A stretch of 64,000 bases of DNA from Macrostomum lignano (Eukaryota), in contig NIVC01001128.1 of assembly GCA_002269645.1 (NCBI GenBank), forward strand, positions 1 through 64,000, read 5' to 3'. Position numbers and translations under genes: made by a program. Each line of letters starts with the position of its first letter. Position 1 is the first letter of the stretch. Below the pieces are notes generated by a model. The model did no database searches. It was not told the DNA's origin and saw nothing but the letters and a program-made list of their open reading frames with translations. Below are positions 12,051 through 23,900 of the stretch, piece after piece.

Positions 12051-14238
12051 TCTTCGACAATATTTTGCGATAAAGATTGCTTTTATAATTATGATTTTTT
12101 CGCTCAGATATAGTCCATCTTCTCTTTGTCTGTTATTGCGTTATCCGTTAAACTACATTCAAGTGAATTTCCAAGTATTTATGCAAAAAATGCAATAATT
12201 ATGATATTGATGGCTTCCTTAATTTGAGATCAATTTAAGAGCTTTGCCTTAGAAATAAAGTCTTTCACCTGAATAGCAGGTATCAGGGCAGGGAACTAAC
12301 CAGAAAAAGTACACCTAAGCAACTGCTAAAACGAACTAAAACGACTAAAACGATTTAGTCGCTCTAGTAAGATCTAATGCTATTTATAATTGAGTCGGAG
12401 ATTATTTCTACGCACTTGACTAGAACACTTTTCCGTACTATTTTCATGCTCGTTATGAACTGCATGCGATAAATTTAGTTATATGCGTGAACATCAATCA
12501 GGCGCGGCCAGCTATAGGTACTGCGCACATTATTCATGTTATAGCGAGTCGGGCTTTTTCGGTTGTATTTCCGTTTTTATTCCGTTCACTTCTTCTAGAA
12601 GATTTGCTAGCTGCGTATGGTAAATTATAGTAAATAATAATATTATGTTTAGTAAGAGATTAAAATTCAAAATTGATAGTATAGAAACGGTTGAGTTTTT
12701 GGTTAGTACATTGTGTAGAGTAAACAAAAACAGAACGAGTTGTTCGACTAAAATAGAAATTAAACAGTCGTTATCGTTAAGAGTAACGAAAAACGGTGCC
12801 ATTAAAATGTCATTTAAATTACACCAGAAGCGCCAAATTCTTTCCAAAACAAGACGTTTTTCTTTTTTTAGCGTTTTAGGCTTCTTGGAGGTCACGTGAT
12901 TGGCGGTTTCGTTCCGTAGGCTTGCTAGTATAAATGACTGCGGGTGATTCCCAAGGTCGTCAGTCACATGGCATGGATTTTCCCTTTCTTTCCTAAATGA
13001 TTTTATTGCAATACGGCTTCAACATGACCTTGAAGACAGACATCTAAGCGATCACGTGATAATCAAAGTCAATTAAGAGCTACAAAATGGAAGTCTTGGG
13101 GATCGTGGTTTATGCTTCTGAAAGCAACTATCTAATACAAGTAATTGTTATAGTCCCTTTTTTGTAAAGAAATTTTTGCCAAACTATTTACACAAACTAC
13201 TAATTTAGACAACTAAAAAGCTGGTGCCTTTTCTAAATGTATTCAATACATTACAATGCGAATCGCAAATAAATGAGATCATTTTTCATAAATAGTCGAC
13301 AAAAGTATAGTTAGAGACAGAGACTACAGAAAAAGTTAGTGAGGGAAACACTTAATTTATCGAAAAGGTATATCAAATTGCATGAAGTTCGTTAGATTGA
13401 AGAGTAAGTTAGGGCGAGAATGTACACGAGATATGAATTTTATAATTGATTCATGCATATTAATAACTGGATGCATAAGAGAGACAAAAATCAATTACAA
13501 ACGTCATGTTCTACGACACACTATATAAGTGCAAGAGCTAGGTGCAATTACAATTTTTTGCTCATTATCATATTATAATGAGCTCATTAGTAAACGTATT
13601 TTTATGCGTGTGACGGCATGAGACTAGGCAGCTTTCGCTCACAACATTTAAGAATGTTTCGGTCGGGTGGGTAATTGAAAACAGTTCGTTCGGAAAATTG
13701 AAAATCATATGGACAATTTTAGTAGGAGGGCGCTTCTAAAATGCTGCAAGTTTACAGACACTTGTCAAATAAATTTAGTCTATCAGTCACTTGTCAAACG
13801 TCTAGGCATGCAGCAAGTGTTCGTCCTTCTACTTAAGTTGTCCGTATTGAAAATTTGGTTAATAAAAATTAGACTTTTCGGTTATACTGGTTAGGCTACT
13901 TTTTATAATCTAAGAAGTATTTTTTTACAGTTTCGAATTGTTTATAAAATATTCCAAGGGGTGGAGTTATTTTTTTACATCGGATGTTGCAGCCTGCAGA
14001 GCGCCTTGACAGAAAAAAATAATATTCGTGAAAACAAACAGACAAATTTTGTAATGCAACGGTTGGAGTCACAAAGGGGATGAGGTAAAAGAGCGTTTTC
14101 TAAAGCTTGTTGTTTTGGTAAACTGAAATACGAACGAACGACGAACTGGGGGTGCTGCTACTTGGATAACTGGCTCCCTCCGACGTGATCCAAGTTATAA
14201 TTAAAACCTGCTTCTCCATCAACACCATGCAGACTCTG

Positions 14239-17200
14239 TCAGTTGCAGATCTGCACCACCTTCTGCGTGACGCACTGCTGGCAGTGGATCTTGCAGCACC
14301 ACTCGAACTTGCACTTGCACTTGTGAGTCTCCTTGATCAGCCTGGACACGTAGCCTCTCTGACAGCAGAGCTTTGAGCAGCTGGTGTGCGGGTCCTCTGG
14401 GTTGAGGTAGCACTGCCGATTTCTGGTGCCTTCGATGCCCAGCGTGTGGTTGGGCCGGCAGAAGTCTGGCGAATCGGCGATGTACACCAGCTCGCTGCGG
14501 AGTGGGCGTCGGCGTCGTCGCTGGCGTTGGCGGCGTTGGCGTCGCTGACGGCGGCGTCGGTTGCGCGACTGCGAATTTCTATTAGCAGCGGTGCTGTTCC
14601 GGCCTTTGCGCGGGCGGCGCAGTCGAAGGCCGAAGCCTCTGGTGGCGAGTTTCACTTTGGCGGCCTGATCGTACAGGCCGAGAAGGCGCTGGCCGATCAG
14701 CTTGAACGGCAGCAGCTGCTGCCAGCAGGTCTTCAGCGAGCAGGAGCCGCTGACGCCGTGGCATTTGCAGTCAACTATGGCGCTTTGGAACACCATCTGC
14801 GAGGCGAGGTGCGGTAGGGCGCAGTCTGGCAATTCGCCGTTGCTTAAGTCTCACCCTCTGACTTGTCTCACCCTCCTGTCTCCCCCTCTCCTGTCTCTCC
14901 CTCCTGTCTCACCCTCCTGTCTCCCCCTCTGCCGTCTCCCCCCTTGTCTACCTCTCTCTCCTGTCTCCCTCTCTCCTGTCTCCCTCTCTCCTGTCTCCCT
15001 CTCTCCTGTCTCCCTCTCTCCTGTCTCCCTCTCTCCTGTCTCCCTCTCTCCTGTCTCCCTCTCTCCTGTCTCCCTCTCTCCTGTCTCCCTCTCTCCTGTC
15101 TCCCTCTCTCCTGTCTCCCCCTCTCCCGTCTCCCCCTCTCCTGCCCCCCTCTTCTATCCCCCCTCTCATATCTCCCCCTCTCTTGTCTCCCCCTCTCCCA
15201 TCTCCCCCTCTCCCGTCTCCCCCTCTTGTCTACCTCTCTCTCCTGTCTCACTCTCTCCTGTCTCCCCCTCTTCCAGGTCTACTCGTCAAAATAATATTTT
15301 TGATGTTCCTGTGGCAACATCTGTAGTAGTTAAGTTGTAATTCTTCACTCGCCCAAGAGAGCAGAATCCCTCAATTCTGGTTCGAATAGCGCCTCATCAG
15401 TCCAGTTTCTCGAATACTTCTCTCTTTTGAAATGCAAATTCTCAAACTGCTCGGAGGCGGTTTGCCAAAAAACATCACTAATTCCTCTATTTTGTCTGCT
15501 TTTTTACTGTTCACAAGTAGCGTTGGCTGCCTGGGACTCGTACAACAGCCCAGCCAAGTTAATCATAAATTATCAAAGTCTGGCGCTTCTGAATCCAAAA
15601 AAATTTCTGCATTCGATTCAGTCTCCGAATTCGGCTCAAACTTTGCTTAATCCCTGTTTATGGCTTGAGTTGGTTTAATTTGCCAAGAATTTTCTCAGAC
15701 ACTGCCGCTGCTTTTGTTGTCCGGTCTTGAGCAGAGAAAAGCTTTGTGAGAGACTGAGCCTTCCGCTCTCGGAAGCCGCGAAAAAATATGAAAATTTATG
15801 TCTTAATCCTTTTTTATCGGGGTGCGAGGCGGTCATGGCTGACAGGTTTTATTGTCAACCAAGTTAAGCCTGTCTGTCTGGGCTGTTAGCAGAATATACT
15901 TTTTCTAACTTCACTATACGCTCGTACGAGTATGTAATTTGTAGCAAAAAAACCTTGCGATGTCGTTAATTGTGAGTAGATGGGTCCCATATTCAGCTGC
16001 TATGATATCAGGAATTGTGTGGTCAAAGATTAATGCTTTTTATTTGGAATGTTTTCAGTCAGACATTGTGGGTCAGGATGGTGGGTCAAAGATCGCGGGT
16101 CACAAAATGTGGGTCAAGGATTGTGGGTAAAGAACTGTGGGTGAAATATTTTGGATCGAGGGTCAAAGATCGCGGGTCAAAGATTGTGGGTCAAGATTTG
16201 TGGGTCAAGGGTCAAAGATTGCGGGTCAAAGATTGTGGGTCAAGAATTGTGGGTCAATGATTATGGGTCAAGGATTGTGGGTCAAGACTAGTGGATCAAA
16301 GGAAGTGGGTCAAGGATCGTATGTCAAGGATCGTGGGTCAAGGATCGCGGGTCAAAAAATGGGGCCAAGGATTGCGGGTAAAGGATTGTGGGTCAGAGAT
16401 TTTGGGTCAAGGGTCAAAGATTGCGGGTCAAAGATTGTGGGTCAAGAATTGTGGGTCAAGGATTATGGGTCAAGGATTGTGGGTCAAGACTAGTGGATCA
16501 AAGTTAGTGGGTCAAGAATCATGAGTCAAGGATCGTATACCAAGGATCGTGGGTCGAGGATCGTGGGTCAAGTATTGTGGGTCAAGGATCGTGGGTCAAG
16601 GATTGTGGATCAAGGATTGTGGATCATGGATTGTGGGTCAAGGATCATGGGTCAAGGTTCGTTGGTCAAGGATTGTGGGTCAAGGATTGTGGTTCAAGGA
16701 TTGTGGGTCAAGTATTATGGGTCAAGTATTATGGGTCAAGGATCGTAGGTCAAGGATCGTGGGTCGAGGATCGTGGGTCAAGGATCGTGGGTCAAGGATC
16801 GTGGGTCAAGGACCGTGGGTCAATGATCGTAGGTAGTTCAAGGATTTCGGGTCAAGCATTGTGGGTCAAGGATCGTAGGTCAAGGATCGTGGGTCAAGGA
16901 TCGTGGGTCAAGGATCGTAGGTCAAGGATTGTGGGTCAAGCATTGTGGGTCAAGGATCGTGAGTCAAGCATTGTGGGTCAAGGATCGTAGGTCAAGGACC
17001 GTGGGTCAAGGATCGTAGGTAGGTCAAGGATTTCGGGTCAAGCATTGTGGGTCAAGGATCGTAGCTCAAGGATCGTGGGTCAAGGATCGTGGGTCAAGGA
17101 TCGTGGGTCAAGGATCGTAGGTCAAGGATTGTGGGTCAAGGATCGTGAGTCAAGCATTGTGGGTCAAGGATCGTAGGTCAAGGACCGTGGGTCAAGGATC

Positions 17201-20200
17201 GTAGGTAGGTCAAGGATTTCGGGTCAAGCATTGTGGGTCAAGGATCGTAGGTCAAGGATCGTAGGTCAAGGATTGTGGGTCAAGGATTGCGGTTCATGGA
17301 TTGTGGGTCCAGGAATGTAGGTCAAGGATTGCGGATCAAGGGTTGTAAGTCAGACGGCTAGATTAATCAGGAATTATTGATGTCCAGGGCATGCAAGCGA
17401 CTCACCCTTCGTCCGACCTCGTTATTGTGCAAATTAACCATGGTCTTGGCCAGCTCCATGCTGTGCCTGGGGTGGTTCTGCTCAGACTCCTTGGCGTCGA
17501 TGAAGCCCTTGGCAAAGTCGTAGCCGAACAGCACGTCGTCTCCGCAGCCGCCCCAGATCCAGTCTCGGCTGATGTTGCCCGGCCGTAGGGCCTTGGAGCA
17601 GCCGCACTTGCTCAGGAAGGGACCTTTGCCGATTTCGCCGTCCTGGGCGGCCCGCTTGCAGGCCCTGGCGACCGCGTGGACGACTCCGGCCGCCGTGATG
17701 GCGTGGGCGAAGGAGGCCTCACGGGTTGGAGCTGCAGGGCAGGGGATCGCAAGGTAGAAGGGAGTAGTGTGGTTTTCACGAAAGAATGGAAATTTCTAAG
17801 AAAGTTCGAAGCTAAAAGCTTTAGGGTTGCCCTATTGATAGAATGCTTTACAAAGAGTAAAAGCTACAAGGTTACAGCGACGAAGATTAGAAGCTAAACT
17901 GAAAGCTACGAAGACCAACAGAAGCTACAAAGACCAGAAACTACAAAGATCAGAAGCTAAAAAGACCAGAAGCTACGAGCGTACAAATATCAGAAGCCGT
18001 ACAGACCACCATATGCTACAAAGACCAGAAGCTACAAAGACTAAAAGCTACAAGACCAGAAGTTATTAGATCAGATAGTACAAAGACCAAAAGCAACAAG
18101 GATCAGAAGCTACAAAGACCAAAAGCTACAAAGATCAGAAGCTACAAATATCAGAAGCTACAAAGATTAGAATGTACAAAAATCAAAGGCTACAAAGATC
18201 AGATGGTACAAAGACCAGAAGCCACAAAGACTAGAAGCTACAAAGATCAGAAGCTGCGAGCGTACAAAGATCAGAAGCTGTACAGACCACCATAAGCTAC
18301 AAAGACCATAAGCTGCAAAGATCAGAAGCTACAAAGACCAGAAGCTACAAAGACCAAAAACTACAAAGATTAGATGGTACAAAGACCAGAAGCTACAAAG
18401 ATCAGAAGCTGCGAGCGTACAAAGATCAGAAGCTATACAGACCACCATAAGCTACAAAGACCAGAAGCTACAAAGACGAGAAGCTACTAAGACCAAAAAC
18501 TACAAAGATTAGATGGTACAAAGACCAGAAACTACAAAGACGAGAAGCTACAAAGATCAAAAACTACAAAGATTAGATGGTACAAAGACCAGAAGCTACA
18601 AAGATCAGAAGCTGCGAGCGTACAAAGATCAGAAGCTATACAGACCCCCCACCATAAGCTACAAAGACCAGAAGCTACAAGGACCCGAGGCTACAAAGAC
18701 TAGAAGCTACAAGACCAGAAGTTACAAGATCAGATAGTACAAAGACCAAAAGCTACAAAGATCAGAAACTGCAAAGATCAGAAGCTGCAGAGATGGAAAT
18801 TGATCGCAAACAGAAATTTAAAAAGAGAATTAAAGCGAAAACTTTCTATAGCTGTTTGCAAAGCTAAGTGTGACTAAAAGCAGAAATCGCAATAAATGTG
18901 TGAGTGGCTGCTTCAAGTTGACTGAAAGCTTGCCTCTAATTTGGCTACATCTTCAGAATTGGCATAAATAGTACAGATTGCTGACAAAGATCTTTCAGGA
19001 AAAATCTTCAAACCTTCGCTGATTTCACTCATGTGTGCATGAGATTTTTCTAACACAATTGCGTAACCGCTCAGCCCGAGCCACAAACTGTACAGAATCT
19101 GCAACACATGTTGCAGAGATGGCATCCTTGATCTTGAAACCGTGTTTGCCCCGCGTATAGACAGAGGTCATCCCAGTGATCCTAGTTTCTAGGAAAAACA
19201 GCTGTTGTCCCTACCCCTCAAAGCGGGAGCAATTCTTCTTTGCAAAAAAAGAATTACCCCCTCCCGTGGCGTATTAGCCTCATCGCCAGTTTACGTACGC
19301 TCGTAGAAAACTGCTTTGCCGATATTCTGGAGTTTCTTGTCGACACTGATTGAAGCTTCAGTTCGACTGTCTGGAGTAGGGAGCTTTGACACTTTTGCTA
19401 CAATCCCAAGAAATAATTGCCTGCAGGGCTTGGAGGAGAAAAAAGCAATACTCTGCTAGCTGCAGATCCTGAAACATGTGGCTTTTCCTGCAAGCGTTTT
19501 GCAGAAATATTCAATTCTGAAGATGTATTGATTTTTTAGAAAAGAAGCCGAAAAGTCTTCTGCTTTTGCTGCTCATTCTAGCGGCTTTAGCGATACATGC
19601 TAGAATTGCTTGTTGGTTGCTGGCTTTTTCGTCCTCACCTTTTCTCTCCCTTCATTTCTCCCTTCATTACTTCCTCCATTATTCCTTTCATTTCTCCCTT
19701 CATTTCTCCATTCATTTCTCCCTTCATTCCTCCCTTCATTACTTCCTTCATTATTCCCTTGATTTCTCCCTTGATCTCTCCATTCATTTCTCCCTTCATT
19801 TCTCCCTTCATTTCTCCATTCATTTCTCCCTTCATTTCTCCCTTCATTTCTCCCTTCATTTCTCCATTCATTTCTCCCTTCATTTCTCCCTTCATTACTT
19901 CCTTCATTATTCCCTTCATTTTTCCCTTCATTTCTGCCTTCATTTCTCACTTTATTACTTTCTTCATTTCTCCCTTCATTTCTCCATTCATTACTCATTG
20001 TATTGCTCTCTTCATTTCTCCCTGTGTCTCACATTTTATATCTTCTACTTTGAGCTGAGAGTTGTCAGTTAGTCTGGCCCAATTAGTCAAGTTGCATTAG
20101 CTACAGAACAAATGCGTTGCTGCATCAGCAAAACTCGGCATTAAGCAACAGACCGGGTTGTAACACATTCAGCATCATTTTAATAGCAGCCGCTGGCACC

Positions 20201-20881
20201 CACTTGTCACATTTTGCTTTAACTAAATTCAGTTGAGCAGCTTTCAAAACCAGCCTATATAAGTAGAGAAGAGAAATATCATTTTCTCAATGCTAATTTG
20301 GCTATAGCAACTACTTACAGCTTTGAGCTTTCAACTAGCACCCTGCGAGCACTGCTCGGCGGGAGCGCTTTGCTCACATCGGAGATGAATAGAGAGAGAT
20401 TCTCATAAATTACAAAGGGTCTACTCGGGATTGTATACAAATTGGCAGAGAGCATCGACATGATTAAATACACCATATCATCTCTCACCTGCCAGAGATG
20501 AGCAATCAAGCCTCTCCCTCTATATCAAAGCTTTCTTTTTATCGCATTGGAATTCTTGCATTCTGCTCGCCGAGAACTGCCCCACTTCAACTCGCCGTTG
20601 TTAAATTTCTCTCTGCATTTGTCTTGCGCTGTCAGCTGTCCGTGTTTAGAATTCGTGTTCTACAGTTTTTCTGCAGTTTTCTGTGCCTTTCTTTTCAAGC
20701 TGTCCTAGTTTTAATTGTCTGGCACCCCTGTCTGCCTGTCTCTCCCCCCTATCCTATATACTCGCGGCTTTAGAGCAGGTGAGCGCTAACTCTGTGTTCA
20801 CAACTGCATTATCGGTGTTAACAATCTTGTATTAGCAGCAATTTCACACACACAGACACACACACACACACACGCAGAGAC

Positions 20882-20949
<68 letters not shown>

Positions 20950-23900
20950 CCCTTCTTAGAGACTGAGGACAAACAAAGATTTCTAGAAGCCCGGCAAGTG
21001 TCGTTAAAGTTTGCCAAGAAGCTTCCTTCCAGATGATCTGCAGGACTTCTCTCTCTGTGTGCTTCTTTTTTTGCTTGCTTTTCTGTAACCCAGGCATCAC
21101 GACCGTTTGAGCTGGGCTAGATTAAGCATTCATGGAAAAGTAGAAAGTTTTATTCCACTAAAGAGAGCCGGATATCAAGTGAAATTTCTTTAGGCGATAG
21201 GCAGTCAGGTGACAGAGACAGACAGTGCCTAAAGTGACAGTGACACACAGTCAGGTGACAGAGATAGACAGTGCCTAAAGTGACAGTGACAGACAGTCAG
21301 GTGACAGAGACAGACAGTGCCTAAAGTGACAGTGACAGACAGTCAGGTGACAGAAACAGACAGTGCCTAAAGTGACAGTGACAGACAGTCAGGTGACACT
21401 GACAGACACTGTCAACAGTGACAGACAGTCAGGTGACAGAGACAGACAGTGCCTAAAGTGACAGTGACACACAGTCAGGTGACAGAAACAGACAGTGCCT
21501 AAAGTGACAGTGACAGACAGTCAGGTGACACTGACAGACACTGTCAACAGTGACAGACAGTCAGGTGACACTGACAGACACTGTCAACAGTGACAGACAG
21601 TCAGGTGACACAGACAGACAGTGTCAACAGTGACAGACAGTCAGGTGACACTGACAGACACTGTCAACAGTGACAGACAGTCAGGTGACACAGACAGACA
21701 GTGTCAACAGTGACAGTGACAGACAGTGACAGTATCATACGCAGAGATGACGCAAAGCTGCCTCATTCATATTACACATCCGTAGAAAGTACATCAGGCA
21801 CTCACCATCGTCAGACACGGGCCCGAAAGCCAAGCTGGACCTGTGACTGGCCCCGCAGTTCCATCGCCGGGCTTTGAATTGCGAGGCGCACTCCTGCATG
21901 CCCAGCCGGGCACCCTGGGTCACCGCCGGCATCAGCGAGAAGTGCTGCTGACAGTAGAGCGTCTGCTTTGGCGACAGGCCGGCGATACTGCTGCAGGTTG
22001 GCTGAGCAGACAGGATGAGCGTCTGGTCCAGACGGTGGCTGCCCGCTCGCCAGGACAGAAAGCCAACGTTCCTGACGGTGTGTGCATCGCCGGGCGATGT
22101 TAAAAGCTAACTAACCAGGTGTTACACTTCATCGACAAAGCATCTCGTTTTGTAGGTCGATTTGCCATCCAAAAAAATGTTCTAGCGACCTTGATAATTA
22201 CTTAGGGGTTTGTAGCCTAGTGGTTAGAGCGTCTGACTCACTACGGAAAGGTCGGGGGTTCGATTCTCGACCTAGTCAGAACAATTTGTGTCATTGAGCA
22301 AGACGCTTAACTCTGAATTGCTTCAGTTCACCCAGCTGTAAAAGGGGTAATTGAGGGTGTGTGTTGCGAACCCTCCCTCCCCCCAGTCCTTGGACTGAAC
22401 AGCCGTACGCAGCCTTCAGATGCGCCGCGCAATAGCTGCGGCTGAGCTGTCGGTTGCACATCTGGCCCAATTGGGGCAGGTGAAATCAATTATTATTATA
22501 TTTCCGAAAATCAAGCATTGATCATTTAAAACCCTTTTAATAAAATTCTCAATCCAGCTTTGAAGTCTTCTCAGTTCAGCCTTAGCAACCATCCTATATA
22601 GCAACCAAATTTCTGTGGTTAATTTATCGCTCGAACGCAAATCCCTTCCCGATATCCGAATAAATGAGGTTCGCTGTTATGTTTGCATGGATAACTATCC
22701 CATGTGTGCATATGTGTAATTGATAGATTGGGAATGCTAGGCCAAGCATGGTTCCGTATTACCGCATGAGTGCATCAGTATTAATATACATGAGCAGTAT
22801 AGCAACTATGTGGAGATGCAGCCACTGAAACGGAAGGAAGGAACCGATCGCTGTGCATCTACAAGCTATTCTGGGTGCGACAAGAAATGATGAAGAGGCG
22901 GAAGCTGGTGACTAATAAGGCTGGGTCGGGGCCACATGGCTACATGTGATGCACGGGCTGTTTTGAATCGGTAGTAACCGCCGTTACAGACATAATGTTA
23001 TGGCAACTCCTTTGTTGTCCGTCTCTATTATTATTATTGTTATTATTAACTATAGTGTGTATAAAACCTGGCAGAATGATGAACGACTCAAAATTCTATC
23101 GCTATAGCTATTTTGGTGCCCGGCGGCAAAAATTTAACTAAGCTTTGCGGAGAGTGAGAAATAGTAGAAAAAAGGTTGTGAAAGAAGCCTTACTCATGCC
23201 GCTGCTGTTGTGCTCCGCCAGAGGGGGAGGCATATTTAGAATGGAAAAGGTGTGGCGGTGAGATGGGAGAGAAGGGAGGAAAAAATGGTGAATTTCCTCC
23301 ACCCCAGCGGCGGCTGTGGGTGCAATGCGAGTGTGAATCCTCTTGTGACCAGTGGAGCGTGTGGAGCCCGCCTGCAGGTGTTTTGTCTGCCTTGAGGGTC
23401 TGAGACCGCCTGGTGGGGTAGCATAGCAGCGCTACTAATAATAAGGTGTTTTTCTTTGCCCGGCTTCATCCAAGGAGATCTTCCACCGGGATCTGGATTA
23501 GCCTACCTTAAATCCTCAGCATCCAATTATGCAATCTACATACAACATATACTTGAGTTTCAGGGCAGATTGTCATACCGATGTTTGTTAATCTGTGCTT
23601 CATTTTAAAACTACATGTAAATAAAATTCTCCAAAGCTTTTATAGCACTCAAGGCGGTAGTTTTTGTGTATTAACGAGTTTTTGCATTTTAAGGGCCAGA
23701 TGAGAGAGGAGACAGGAGAGAGGACAGAAAATAGTGGAGAAGAGACACAATCCCGGATTGCTATTGTGAAGTTTCAAAGGACCCACCCCGAGGGCCGGAT
23801 GGAGAGGCTTCCTGAGTTTGTCCGAACCCTGATCTGAACTGTAGTTTCGATAATGATAATACCAGAATTAACACTGAGCATAGTCCTGGGAGATGGGTCC

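Noticed and set aside
12539-13100. 142-aa minus ORF and two CACGTG boxes
   Set aside because: No recognisable domain or splice context; 6-bp motifs are expected by chance.
22205-22280. Possible functional tRNA gene (also 56919-56995)
   Set aside because: The acceptor and anticodon stems do not pair properly, there is no T-run terminator, and the head continues into a shared SINE body.
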